Positions 1 to 10,036 are shown, counted from the stretch's first letter. The stretch: 64,000 nt of DNA from Candidatus Dojkabacteria bacterium (GCA_014729085.1 WJKM01000016.1:36598-100597), one strand, 5' to 3'. A program made the numbers and translations. The notes: generated from the sequence alone by a model not told the origin.

Positions 1-132
1 TATGACCCTGACAAAGTTGGATATAATAGATTGAGTATTACAAAACAGGATTTTACAGCTAGTATGGTAACACCAATGAAGGAGGAAGCAACCGATTCTG
101 CTGAACCCTATCAAGAAGGAAACTCAAGTTAA
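1..132 (+). CDS. 3' end of an upstream gene of unknown function (partial; its N-terminus lies outside the window)
   Basis: Frame 1 is open from position 1 to a TAA at 130-132, which is 18 bp upstream of the next gene. Nothing else supports it. Confidence 0.3.
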   Translation, partial: YDPDKVGYNRLSITKQDFTASMVTPMKEEATDSAEPYQEGNSS

Positions 133-150
133 TTTTTAAAATCTGCTCAC

Positions 151-1971
151 ATGCTCGGGTTTGGAAAAAAGAAAAAAGAAGATCAACCAGATCAGAACAT
201 AATTAAAGAGAATGAGGCACTGAAACAGTTCAGTGAAGGTTTGTTAGACATCAAAGACATAATCGCGCCTTCGGCAATTGAGGTCGATTTTAATCATATG
301 CTTATTGGTAGTAAGTACTTTAGAACTTACTTTGCAAGTGGGTTTCCAAGATTTGTATCATCAAATTGGCTTTCTCCACTTATAAATTTTGATCATCCTA
401 TTGATATTAGTACGTTTTATTATCCGGTAGATTCAGGATTAATTATGCAGCGTTTACGAAGAAAGATTGCAGAGATGGAGGCAACCCTTTCTTTGGAAGT
501 AGAAGCTGGAAAGATTCCGGATGCTACTGTGAAGGTAGCTTTAGAAGATGCAAAAGAACTTCAAAACACGATTGCCTCAGGAAAGGAGAAATTTTTCCAC
601 TACGCTTTGTATATGACAATTAGGGCAGACACTCTAAAAGAATTGGAGAAAATATCTAGAAATTTGGAATCAACACTAGCTTCTATCGGGATTATTGTGA
701 AGATTGCAACTCTACAGCAAGAACAGGGGTTGCAGAGTATATTACCTATTGGGCTTGATAAAATTTATTTGACGAGAAATATGGATACAACTTCCATAGC
801 CACTACATTTCCTTTTGTAAGTTCGGAATTGACTATGGAAGAGGGAATGTTATACGGCATTAATAAGCATAATAGAAGTTTAGTAATATTTGACAGATTC
901 AGCTTACAGAATGCAAACATGGTAGTATTTGCAACCTCTGGTGCTGGGAAAAGTTATATGATTAAACTGGAGGCAATGAGAAGTCTTATGTTGGGCGTTG
1001 ATGTGATAGTTATTGATCCGGAAAAGGAATATGAGAAATTATGCAATACCATAGGAGGGGAATATATATCTTTTTCTCAAGACTCATCGCAGAAACTAAA
1101 TCCATTTGAACTTTCTGGAATGTTTGATAAAGAAGAAGATGAGTTGAGATTTAAAATACTTTCGTTACATGGGTTGATTAAATTAATGATAGGCGGAACA
1201 ACCTCTCCCGAAGAGGATGCCATAATTGATCGTGCATTAATACTTACTTATCGAGAAAAAGGAATTACACCAGATCCAGCAACTCATAGAAAAGAACCCC
1301 CGCTTTTAGAAGATTTGTACAAAATTTTAAAAGCTATGGCAGAAAAGCAAGCGCACCAGATAGCAGATAGATTGAGCAAGTATTTGAAGGGAAGCGCATC
1401 TGGAATTTTTGACCAAAAGTCATCGGTTGAACTTAGGAATACTTTTACAGTATTTAGCGTTCGGGATTTAGCTGAGGAATTAAGACCCATCGCAATTTAC
1501 ATGATGCTTGATTATGTATGGACTCGAATTAAAAAGGACAAGAGACAAAGACTTATGATAATTGACGAGGCATGGTGGATGATGAAATACGAAGATTCAG
1601 CAAGGTTTTTACATTCTCTAACAAAAAGAGCAAGGAAATACGGACTTGGAATTACTACTATTACTCAGGATGTAGAAGATTTCTTAAGTTCAGATTATGG
1701 AAAAGCAATTGTGACAAACTCTGCTATTCAAATACTTATGAAACAAAGTGCAGTAGCTGTAGATAAACTTAAAAAATTATTCTATCTTTCCGAGGGAGAA
1801 AAATTATTTCTGCTTTCAGCTGGAATTGGAGAAGGTCTCTTTTTTGCAGGTTCTAATCATGTTGCAATTCAAGTAATAGCTTCGGAGAATGAGCATAATT
1901 TAGTTACGACAAACCCGAAGGAAACTATTTTCCAGGAAGTTGAGCAGATTGAAAATCAGCAAAAAGCTTAA
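151..1971 (+). CDS. VirB4/TrbE/CagE-family ATPase of a type IV secretion or conjugative transfer system
   Basis: Walker A is SGAGKS and Walker B is IIDEAWWMM (the IDEAW signature of VirB4/TraC-family ATPases). The domain order is N-terminal helical region, P-loop, then DEAW. Confidence 0.6.
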   Translation: MLGFGKKKKEDQPDQNIIKENEALKQFSEGLLDIKDIIAPSAIEVDFNHMLIGSKYFRTYFASGFPRFVSSNWLSPLINFDHPIDISTFYYPVDSGLIMQRLRRKIAEMEATLSLEVEAGKIPDATVKVALEDAKELQNTIASGKEKFFHYALYMTIRADTLKELEKISRNLESTLASIGIIVKIATLQQEQGLQSILPIGLDKIYLTRNMDTTSIATTFPFVSSELTMEEGMLYGINKHNRSLVIFDRFSLQNANMVVFATSGAGKSYMIKLEAMRSLMLGVDVIVIDPEKEYEKLCNTIGGEYISFSQDSSQKLNPFELSGMFDKEEDELRFKILSLHGLIKLMIGGTTSPEEDAIIDRALILTYREKGITPDPATHRKEPPLLEDLYKILKAMAEKQAHQIADRLSKYLKGSASGIFDQKSSVELRNTFTVFSVRDLAEELRPIAIYMMLDYVWTRIKKDKRQRLMIIDEAWWMMKYEDSARFLHSLTKRARKYGLGITTITQDVEDFLSSDYGKAIVTNSAIQILMKQSAVAVDKLKKLFYLSEGEKLFLLSAGIGEGLFFAGSNHVAIQVIASENEHNLVTTNPKETIFQEVEQIENQQKA

Positions 1972-2216
1972 GGTACTCCATTAAATACTAACATATCCGT
2001 AGTTGTGGCTCGTTGTTGAGCAGGAGTTCTGTAGTCTTCGATAGCTGTCTGTAGAGGTAATACTTCTGGCCATTTTCCAGTTTGATTACAAATTTCTTGT
2101 TTAGCGCGAAGTTCTTGTAAGCATAAATCAAATACAGTTGTTCCTCTTTCTGGGTCTAAAATTATTGCAGCTTCACTAGGTAAAATACTAAGGGGGGGGA
2201 ATGTAAGTCTTTCCAT
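1968..2216 (-). CDS. small hypothetical protein (82 aa) with a C8 homopolymer at codons 6-9
   Basis: The ORF lies downstream of rnpB on the same strand and its sequence looks protein-like. I recognise no family. The G8/C8 tract is at 2192-2199. Confidence 0.3.
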   Translation of the reverse strand: MERLTFPPLSILPSEAAIILDPERGTTVFDLCLQELRAKQEICNQTGKWPEVLPLQTAIEDYRTPAQQRATTTDMLVFNGVP

Positions 2217-2312
2217 AATATCTTAGTTTAAAATATAAGATACTTTCTTCGATTATAATTTATTGTATAAGTTTATACAAATTAGATATTACTCAATTCT
2301 TAAAAGTATTAT

Positions 2313-2696
2313 TAACCAATCCATAAGCCGCATTCTGTATCCCCCCGTTTTACAGGGTTGAGATAATCATTTGTCTATGCCCCCGTAAAACGGGGTTGCT
2401 CCAGGCAGGGATTACCTTGCTCACGTAAATTACTTCACGTGACGGTGTGCTCTTACCACACCCTTTCAGCCTTACCATGAAGTAAACTAGTCTACTTCAT
2501 GACGGTTTCCTCTCTGTTGCTCTGTACCGTAAATTTACATCTACCCAGCTTAGTTCCCGTACCATAAGGTAAAGGATTTATTCCTGGTGCCACTTTCCTC
2601 ATGTACAAGAAAGTACATGATTTTGGAGTGCGGACTTTCCTCCCTCCTTTATTCCGAGAAATCGGAATTTAGGAGAGCGATTATCCAGATTGGTAT
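2313..2696 (-). ncRNA. rnpB: RNase P RNA, bacterial type A
   Basis: The minus strand carries GAGGAAAGUCCGCACUCC (P4 5' strand), AACAGAGAGGAAACCG, GGUAAGGCUGAAAGGGUGUGGUAAGAGCACACCG and ACAGAAUGCGGCUUAUGG (P4 3' strand). The P4 pairing CCGCA/UGCGG covaries, and P1 is ACCAAUC/GAUUGGU. The island is GC-rich in an AT-rich genome. Confidence 0.85.
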
Positions 2697-2711
2697 ATTA
2701 ATTATACCATT

Positions 2712-3380
2712 TCACACCTCTTTTGGTCTTTTAAGAAGTGAAATCAAGTCATTAATAGGAGAAAAATAGAAGCTAAGATTCTTATAAACCCATTTCGTTA
2801 GGATTTTTGTAGTTGTTTTGATTTCATTCTGATCAATTATTTGATTATCCTTTAGTTTTTTAAAAAACATATCTCTTAACTTATTCCTTTGAAATATATC
2901 TATAAAAAGAAATAATGTAATAAACAAGAGCAAAATCACATTAATTTTTCTAAGTATTTCATCTTCTCTAAAAATTAAGGCTAAAAAAGTTACTCCAATT
3001 GTTAAATACCATATAATTTCCAACCAAACTTTAATTAAGTCCTGAATTTTAAACCACTGTGATCCACTGCCAAGAATATAGATTGAAGTTTTTAAGATTT
3101 CTTGAAGAATTGGCATTTGAGCAATCTTGGAATTAATAATCAGTGTATTTGAGTGAATATCAAGATGTGTTTTTGTTTTGTCTGGTTCTATATTTATATT
3201 TACTTTGTTATCTTGATTTTTTAGAAGAACTTTAATTGTTTGAATAGAATCTAAATTTCTGGAACTTACTTTAGGTTTCGTTTTGTTTTTTATACTTATT
3301 AAAAGATATCCAATTATAAATACTAGGTGTAGACTAAACAATAAGAAAATATTTTTATAAAGATATAAATATTCTTGCAT
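2712..3380 (-). CDS. hypothetical membrane protein
   Basis: The 222-aa ORF has multiple hydrophobic segments and I recognise no family. Confidence 0.45.
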   Translation of the reverse strand: MQEYLYLYKNIFLLFSLHLVFIIGYLLISIKNKTKPKVSSRNLDSIQTIKVLLKNQDNKVNINIEPDKTKTHLDIHSNTLIINSKIAQMPILQEILKTSIYILGSGSQWFKIQDLIKVWLEIIWYLTIGVTFLALIFREDEILRKINVILLLFITLFLFIDIFQRNKLRDMFFKKLKDNQIIDQNEIKTTTKILTKWVYKNLSFYFSPINDLISLLKRPKEV

Positions 3381-3540
3381 TTTATAACATTGTTGAATAG
3401 ATAATTATAGATATTTTGCTTCAATCAATAAATAAATATCTTTAGTTATATTGATTTTATTATTCTTTTTAATTATTATTAATATAATATTATCACTATA
3501 AATACTGCAAAGTAATATTTAAATTTTAGAATATCAATAT

Positions 3541-4329
3541 ATGAAGAGTTCTACAGGGGTGTTCGCAATTTCAGTTGTTGTAGCTTTAGTTATGTTAGTT
3601 GGCTTAATTTTGTTTTTTAATGAAAGTGAGCCACCTGAACCACCAACCTTACCATTGCAAGTAGTAGAATATACAGACTTTCAATGTCCTGCATGTAAAC
3701 AATTTTCTCATGTTGGTGATGAGCTTAATGAGAAGTTTGGACAAGATTTGGCCTATGAATTCAAACATTTTCCATTGGAGTCAATTCATCCAAGATCTTA
3801 TGAGGCAGCGGTTGCATCCGAGGCTGCTCGTGAACAAGATAGTTTTAAACAATATCATGATATTTTATTTGAAAATCAGGACAATTTAGAAGATGAAGAT
3901 TTTGTAAAATATGCCGAACAATTGGAATTAGATACTGAAAAATTTAAAGATGATTATGAAAATAATGAAGAGTTAAAAGCTAGAGTGGATGAAGACTTAG
4001 CTGATGCCGAAGAGAAGGGCCTAAATTCTACTCCAACATTCTATATTAACAAGGAAAAGTATGATTTCGATAATAACAAGAATGTAGAAGAAAATATCAA
4101 CCTTATGTATGAGTATATTCAGGATCTAATTGATCAAGCAGGTATAAATCAATCAAGTCAGGATGCAGGTGATCTTGACGAAACAGAACCGGCTCAAGGA
4201 GATGATGCTCAAACCGAAGATGAAGAAGCAGAACAAGGCGAATCTGAGGAAGAACCTACAGATGGAGATGATACATCAGAATCGCAAGTTTCTGAGGAAA
4301 CTTCAGATTTGGAAAATCCAGAAGAATAA
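3541..4329 (+). CDS. DsbA/BdbD-like thiol:disulfide oxidoreductase with a signal anchor and an acidic C-terminal tail
   Basis: There is an N-terminal TM segment, a CPAC active-site motif in a thioredoxin-fold context (FQCPACKQF), and a D/E-rich tail. Confidence 0.7.
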   Translation: MKSSTGVFAISVVVALVMLVGLILFFNESEPPEPPTLPLQVVEYTDFQCPACKQFSHVGDELNEKFGQDLAYEFKHFPLESIHPRSYEAAVASEAAREQDSFKQYHDILFENQDNLEDEDFVKYAEQLELDTEKFKDDYENNEELKARVDEDLADAEEKGLNSTPTFYINKEKYDFDNNKNVEENINLMYEYIQDLIDQAGINQSSQDAGDLDETEPAQGDDAQTEDEEAEQGESEEEPTDGDDTSESQVSEETSDLENPEE

Positions 4330-4346
4330 ATAATATATAAGTATTA

Positions 4347-6842
4347 ATGGAATCAAAAAAGCTTAAAAAAATGAAGGAAAGCATTCAAAGAATTAAAAAC
4401 AGAATACTTAAAAAAAGCCGACTTCCTTCATCAAAAAAAAGAAAATTTATAGGTATGTTTTCTATGCTTTTTGTACTTGGTTTTATGGCAATGATCATCG
4501 GATTAAGCTTATATAAAAAACCTCAGACTACTGAAGAGGGTGAAGCTGCCGAGACAGTCTATTGTCCGACTGGAACTATTGCACAGGGCGCAGACGGAAA
4601 TGATTATTGCTGGCATATTGGGGCAGCTGGAGAAACATGTTCTGAGGTATGTGGGGAAGCAGGAGGAGAATGTAGTAATGGTAATTGGAATGATACTAAT
4701 ACCTGTTCACTTGCTAAAGAAATTGTAAGATATGTTGATTGTGATCAGGGTTGTATTGAAGATAGTTCAGCAACAAACAATACAGCACCTGCCTATGAAA
4801 TGAGTTTAGGAGTTGGGTCTACTTGTTATTATCGTAGTAATTCTGTTGATGTCAATTGTGAGGCTGAACAGGCTGTGCCAGGAGACTTTAGGTTACGACT
4901 TTGTGCATGTACGATTGCAAGACCAGCAGAAGATAATTGTAGTAATGGAATAGATGATGATCAAGATGGGGATATAGACTGCGATGATAGCGATTGCAGT
5001 GATGATAGTAACTGTTGGGTTTGTAGTGTACCGGAAGATTGTGGTGAAGATCAGACTTCAACAATTGGTTTCCGCTGTACAGACGAAGGTAGAGTCAGAG
5101 AAGAGTCTACTATTTCTTATAATTGTATTGATCATCAATGCTTAGGAATGGGTGCTATTGGCTTATTGCCAGCACCTTGTGGCTCAAGTCCTGATTCTAC
5201 TAACCATGAATGTAGAGATGAGGGAATTTGTTATGTTCCAGGAACAAATAATGCATGTCCTGCAGATCCTTTCTCCCTATTATCGGATGATGAATCCAGT
5301 GTAACCTTAAGATGGGATCCGGCTCCAATTGAAAGTGTGACAAATTATACATTGAATATTAAAGCAGCTGATTCTGATCACGTATTCTCGACTCAAGTAT
5401 TTCATGATTCTGATCCAACAACAAAAATTGAATATACCCACTCAAACTTACAAAGCGGTCATACATATGAATGGTGGGTTGATACATTCGATAGCGAGGG
5501 TAATGCAGTATGCAGTATGCAAGGGGATGATACATTTAGTACTCAAGCTGAAAAACCAAATGCTCCGGAATTTGATCCAACTTCAGGTTCTAAATTTTTA
5601 AATACTCTAGATGTAACAATAAGTGTAGAAGAGTCGGATGTAGATATAATTAAATACAATATCAATAATGGCGGTTGGGTGGAATATACCTCTGAAGATA
5701 AACCGCTTTCAGTAACATTTACAATTGATGAAACTTCGATCGTCAGTGCTAAAGCAGTAAGGGCTGGTATCGAAAGTGACAGAGTAACTGTGGAATATGA
5801 AAAAGAGAAACCACCTGTACCTGAAATAAGTCCTAATTCCGGTACAACCTTTAAAGGTTCTTTAACTATCACTTTAGAAGCATCAACAGCTTTAATAGAT
5901 AAACTAGAATATCAAATCAATGATGGTGAATGGATAGAATATACCTCTGATACCAAGCCACTACAAACAAGATTTGATATTCAAGAAAGTGCAACGATTA
6001 AAGCTAGGGCTTACATGGGGGAAGATGTGAGTGATACAATAGTTGCGACTTATGAAAAACAAAGTTTAGAAAAACCTACAAATTTGCAATATTCATGTTC
6101 GGAAAATGGAGCAACAGTTAATTTTTCTTGGAGTCCAGTCGCAGGTGCAGGATCATACCTAATCAGAATTAATAAAGATGGAGAATTCGAACCCAACGAT
6201 CCTACTACTGGTGATTTGTTTGTTTTTACAACAAGTACTAGCCAAACAGTTCCAAATATAATGGCTAATCAAATATACAATTCATGGTCGGTACAGCCTT
6301 TGTTTACTACTGAAAATGATCCGGATGAGTATGTACATACGTTAGATAGAATCGTTGAAGGTGGAAGTTTTAAATGTAATGTTGCAGATCCAAATATTCC
6401 TATAATAAATCCATATCCAATTATGACTTTTCTTCCAGGACTACAGATTACTGGATCAAAAGCCCCTAACACTTCTATTTTGGTAAATGGAGTTGAGCAG
6501 GTTCCTGTTGATGCCTCAACAAGTTGGAGTACCCATATCCAGCTAACCGATTATGGAATTAACACTTTTCAAATTACTAGCAAAAATACAGCCGGTATAG
6601 AAAGTATTGCTGTTCCGGTTCATATCCGAAGATGTATTTATGGTGACATTAATTGTGATGGAACAGTCAATATAGTCGACTTCGCACGGTTTATACAAGC
6701 AATTAGATCTCAGGTGTCCCTGGATCAAGGTAGAATGACGGAACGGTACAGTTTTATGATGCTTGCGGATATGAATTCAGATAAAAGAAACGATATTCGT
6801 GATTTCGGTCTGTTTAAGAATGAATATCTCAAACACAACTAA
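4347..6842 (+). CDS. large secreted or surface protein with a Cys-rich N-terminal region, tandem FN3-like repeats and a C-terminal type-I dockerin
   Basis: The N-terminus is basic and followed by a TM segment, then about 36 Cys in the first ~300 residues. Two ~82-aa internal repeats follow. The C-terminus reads GDINCDGTVNIVDF...ADMNSDKRNDIRDF, a duplicated Ca-binding dockerin motif. Confidence 0.7.
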   Translation: MESKKLKKMKESIQRIKNRILKKSRLPSSKKRKFIGMFSMLFVLGFMAMIIGLSLYKKPQTTEEGEAAETVYCPTGTIAQGADGNDYCWHIGAAGETCSEVCGEAGGECSNGNWNDTNTCSLAKEIVRYVDCDQGCIEDSSATNNTAPAYEMSLGVGSTCYYRSNSVDVNCEAEQAVPGDFRLRLCACTIARPAEDNCSNGIDDDQDGDIDCDDSDCSDDSNCWVCSVPEDCGEDQTSTIGFRCTDEGRVREESTISYNCIDHQCLGMGAIGLLPAPCGSSPDSTNHECRDEGICYVPGTNNACPADPFSLLSDDESSVTLRWDPAPIESVTNYTLNIKAADSDHVFSTQVFHDSDPTTKIEYTHSNLQSGHTYEWWVDTFDSEGNAVCSMQGDDTFSTQAEKPNAPEFDPTSGSKFLNTLDVTISVEESDVDIIKYNINNGGWVEYTSEDKPLSVTFTIDETSIVSAKAVRAGIESDRVTVEYEKEKPPVPEISPNSGTTFKGSLTITLEASTALIDKLEYQINDGEWIEYTSDTKPLQTRFDIQESATIKARAYMGEDVSDTIVATYEKQSLEKPTNLQYSCSENGATVNFSWSPVAGAGSYLIRINKDGEFEPNDPTTGDLFVFTTSTSQTVPNIMANQIYNSWSVQPLFTTENDPDEYVHTLDRIVEGGSFKCNVADPNIPIINPYPIMTFLPGLQITGSKAPNTSILVNGVEQVPVDASTSWSTHIQLTDYGINTFQITSKNTAGIESIAVPVHIRRCIYGDINCDGTVNIVDFARFIQAIRSQVSLDQGRMTERYSFMMLADMNSDKRNDIRDFGLFKNEYLKHN
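5571..6066 (+). repeat. two tandem ~246-bp (82-aa) coding repeats inside the 4347..6842 CDS
   Basis: Compare KYNINNGGWVEYTSEDKPL...VEYEKE with EYQINDGEWIEYTSDTKPL...ATYEKQ. Confidence 0.55.
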
Positions 6843-6888
6843 TATATCCTCAATGTAATTTATGTAATAATTTATTGTATTATTCTTT

Positions 6889-7998
6889 ATGAATTCCCAA
6901 AGAATTCAAAATCTTCAAACGAAACTTGATACTCTTGACGTAGGCGCTTTTATTATCACAAATACCGAAAATATTTACTATTATACTGGTTTCAAAGGAA
7001 TTAGTGAGAAGGGCAGGGAAGCTATGGTTGTTGTCCCAAAAGTAGGAAAAGTCACTTTAATTGTCCCTCGAATGTATGAATTGCAAGCTCAAAATTTAAA
7101 TAGTGTCCAAAATAATACTATCAGTATAGAAGTTTTAGATAAGTCTGAAAGTTTTATTAATAAGTTGAGTAAGATTGTTTCTTCAATAAGCAAATTTTTA
7201 ATGGAGGAATATGATTTGAATATTGAAGAATATAATAAATTAAAAGAGAAATTGGAAGGTGAATTCATAAAATCAGATAAGCTTTTGTATAAATTAAGAA
7301 GCATAAAAGATACTGAAGAAATGAAACTAATTAAAAAAGCAGTGTGGTTAACAGATTTAACTTTTGAAAAAATTGTGGATTTTCTTCAAACAAATGACTA
7401 TACCAAGTTTACGGAAATAGACATCGCAGAAAAAATTAGATCTATTAGTTTTGAACTGGGAGGTGAAGGCTTAAGTTTTAGACCAATAGTAGCATGCACT
7501 AAGGCAAGTGCGCAACCTCACTATTTACCCAGAAGTCAGAAATTACAAAAAAACTCAATTCTTCTAATAGATTTAGGAGTTAAGTACAAAGGATATGGAG
7601 GAGATTTGACTAGAACTCTATTTCTCGGACGTGCAGATAAAGAGGTAAAAAGTACGTTTAAGTATGTATTACACTGCAATGAGAAATGTATTGATTTATG
7701 TAAAAGTGGTGTTAAGTTCAGCAGTATTCAGAAAAAAGCAGTGGAATATTTCGGAAAATATGGATTAGAAGAGTATTTCATACATAGTATCGGACATGGA
7801 TTAGGACTTGATGAGCATGAGTTTCCTTTTCCAGGAGGTATAGATGATGAGTTGAGAGAGGGAATGGTTTTTACAATTGAACCAGGTCTATACTTTCCTG
7901 ACAAATATGGCATTAGGATTGAAGATGTTCTTATAATTTCTAAAAATGGAGTTGAAGTAATTAGTAACCAAACTAAACAAATTTTACTTGAAATCTAG
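6889..7998 (+). CDS. Xaa-Pro aminopeptidase or dipeptidase (M24 family)
   Basis: HSIGHGLGLDEHEFP and the surrounding metal-ligand pattern match the M24B pita-bread fold. The length is 369 aa. Confidence 0.8.
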   Translation: MNSQRIQNLQTKLDTLDVGAFIITNTENIYYYTGFKGISEKGREAMVVVPKVGKVTLIVPRMYELQAQNLNSVQNNTISIEVLDKSESFINKLSKIVSSISKFLMEEYDLNIEEYNKLKEKLEGEFIKSDKLLYKLRSIKDTEEMKLIKKAVWLTDLTFEKIVDFLQTNDYTKFTEIDIAEKIRSISFELGGEGLSFRPIVACTKASAQPHYLPRSQKLQKNSILLIDLGVKYKGYGGDLTRTLFLGRADKEVKSTFKYVLHCNEKCIDLCKSGVKFSSIQKKAVEYFGKYGLEEYFIHSIGHGLGLDEHEFPFPGGIDDELREGMVFTIEPGLYFPDKYGIRIEDVLIISKNGVEVISNQTKQILLEI

Positions 7999-8001
7999 TA
8001 T

Positions 8002-8292
8002 TTATCTAGCCTTCCCACGCCAGAACGGCTGCGTAATATCCATAAGACCAGCTAAGGAAACTTCGAAGGGGTTTTGTTGCGAAATATAACATTCGTTAGA
8101 CCCTACGTTTTTTCCAGATAAAATATTTCCATCAAATCTGGGGTCACAGACATTTATACCTATTGGGCATTCTTTGCAATGAGCGCTCACAATGAAACTT
8201 CTAACAAAATTAAGTACATCAGGGTTTATTTTTTGGATTAGTGCTTCATGGGGTATAGTTATATCAGGATTGTAAGTATATCTTTCTTCCAT
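8002..8292 (-). CDS. small Cys-containing hypothetical protein, last gene of the csoR-trxA-trxB string
   Basis: The 96-aa product contains CKECP...C...C. It starts 21 nt downstream of trxB on the same strand. Confidence 0.35.
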   Translation of the reverse strand: MEERYTYNPDITIPHEALIQKINPDVLNFVRSFIVSAHCKECPIGINVCDPRFDGNILSGKNVGSNECYISQQNPFEVSLAGLMDITQPFWRGKAR

Positions 8293-8313
8293 AGATATGA
8301 AGGTTAAAGCATT

Positions 8314-9252
8314 TTATTCCTTTTTTGTTATCTCTTGTTCTTCCAACCACCTCTTGCAGTCTATTGATGCCATACAGCCAATACCTGCAGATACTATTGC
8401 CTGCCTGTAAAGATAATCGCTTGCATCACCTGCTGCAAAAATACCGTTTTCGCTTGTGATTGTATTTTTTTTGACTTTAATATAACCGGCTTTATCTAGT
8501 TCTACAGCATTTTTTAGAAAATCAGTATTCGGAATTGATCCAATTGCAAGAAACATTCCGTCAACTGTGAGTTCCGATTCCTCATTAGTTTGGTTGTTCA
8601 TAATTTTCAAGGCATTTACTGTTTCTTTCCCGAGTACATCTTGTACTTCAGTATTATAGATAAACTCAATCTTGGAGTTTTCCCTTGCTCTCTTCTGCAT
8701 AATTTCACTAGCACTTAGCGTACTTCTTCTGTGGATTACATAAACCTTGGTAGCAAATTTTGTAAGGAAGGTTGATTCTTCCATAGCACTATCCCCACCA
8801 CCGACTACAGCTACTACCTTATCTTTGTAAAAAGCACCATCACAGGTTGCACAAGTATGAACACCGCGACCCCATAAACGCTTTTCGTTTTTAAGTCCTA
8901 ACCTTCTTGGGGAAGAACCAGGAGAAAGAATAACCGATTGAGCTTGAAATTCTTTATCTCCACTATAAATTATATTGATTTCACTTTCGAAGTTCACCCT
9001 GTCTACTTTATTATATTCAATTTTAGTTCCGAATTTTTGAGCTTGTTTTATTACTCTCTGCATTAGTTGAGGCCCTTTGATTCCTTCGGGAAAACCTGGG
9101 AAGTTTTCTACTTCTGTGGTTGTTGTAAGTTGTCCTCCCGGTTGCTGACCTGCAAGTAAAAGTGTATCAAGTCCGGCTCTGGAAGTGTATATTGCGGCTG
9201 TAAGGCCAGCAGGCCCAGAACCTACTATTATGACATCATATATTTTCGTCAT
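8314..9252 (-). CDS. trxB: thioredoxin-disulfide reductase
   Basis: VIIVGSGPAG is the FAD site, CATCDG is the redox-active CxxC, and GGGDSA is the NADPH site. The length is 312 aa. Confidence 0.9.
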   Translation of the reverse strand: MTKIYDVIIVGSGPAGLTAAIYTSRAGLDTLLLAGQQPGGQLTTTTEVENFPGFPEGIKGPQLMQRVIKQAQKFGTKIEYNKVDRVNFESEINIIYSGDKEFQAQSVILSPGSSPRRLGLKNEKRLWGRGVHTCATCDGAFYKDKVVAVVGGGDSAMEESTFLTKFATKVYVIHRRSTLSASEIMQKRARENSKIEFIYNTEVQDVLGKETVNALKIMNNQTNEESELTVDGMFLAIGSIPNTDFLKNAVELDKAGYIKVKKNTITSENGIFAAGDASDYLYRQAIVSAGIGCMASIDCKRWLEEQEITKKE

Positions 9253-9297
9253 TGTTGAAAATCATTAATTTTATAAAGTTTTACTAAATAAATGGAC

Positions 9298-9648
9298 TTA
9301 TTCAGAATCGCTTGAATCCTCCAAATATTTCCCGATTGCTTCTACATAAGTATCTTTAGATTGAACGCCAACTATTGTCTCTTGAGGTTCACCCTGTTTA
9401 AAGAGCATTACAGTTGGGATGCTCATGATGTTGTATTTGCCTGCTGTTTCAGGATTTTCGTCAACATTCACTTTATATACTTTTGCTTTATCACTTACTT
9501 CCTCTGCCACTTCTTCGATTATTGGGCCAAGCATTTGGCAAGGACCGCACCATGGAGCCCAGAAATCAATAAGAACTGGAGTTTCTGCTGTGTCAATAGT
9601 AGATTGGAAATTACTATCTTCTAATACTTCTGGTTTTGCTTCTTTCAT
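9298..9648 (-). CDS. trxA: thioredoxin
   Basis: The WCGPC motif is present and the length is 116 aa. Confidence 0.9.
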   Translation of the reverse strand: MKEAKPEVLEDSNFQSTIDTAETPVLIDFWAPWCGPCQMLGPIIEEVAEEVSDKAKVYKVNVDENPETAGKYNIMSIPTVMLFKQGEPQETIVGVQSKDTYVEAIGKYLEDSSDSE

Positions 9649-9674
9649 AATAATTTTATAGTTTATATAAAAAT

Positions 9675-9944
9675 TTAAATACTTTTAATAATTTCTTTTA
9701 TGAACATCCGGCAGTTTTCTTCATCTTTGCAGCTAAGTTTTAAACAAGATACAAGTTTTTCCTCAGAATATTTCTGTAATATTGAATCTAAAGCAGATTT
9801 AACAGCTTTAATCTGAGTTATTACTTCGGAATATTCCTTCCCATTATCAATCATTTTAGAAATTCCTTCAAGCTGTCCTATTACATTGTTTATTCGTTGC
9901 TTATGTGTTTTCAATATATGAAAATAAAATTTAATTATAAACAA
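9675..9944 (-). CDS. CsoR/RcnR/FrmR-family (DUF156) transcriptional repressor with a non-canonical sensing-residue pattern
   Basis: The 89-aa product contains QLEGISKMIDNGKEYSEVITQIKAVKSALD, a typical CsoR helical core. The first fingerprint Cys is replaced by Ser and the C-terminus carries SC..SC..NC. Confidence 0.65.
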   Translation of the reverse strand: MFIIKFYFHILKTHKQRINNVIGQLEGISKMIDNGKEYSEVITQIKAVKSALDSILQKYSEEKLVSCLKLSCKDEENCRMFIKEIIKSI

Positions 9945-10036
9945 AATAATTTTATTTATGACCGTAAATTCAAGCTAGCAATATAAGTTTTTTTAGATAG
10001 CCTATGTTTGAATTGATGGCTTTAAAAGTATACAAC

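Noticed and set aside
2587-2769. ORF 2587..2769 (+) was listed by the ORF track.
   Set aside because: It lies within or overlaps rnpB and is a spurious ORF in a GC-rich RNA gene.
8002-9252. trxB and the downstream 96-aa ORF are in the same frame with a single stop between them.
   Set aside because: TrxB is full length at its stop by comparison with known TrxB proteins, so this is coincidence.
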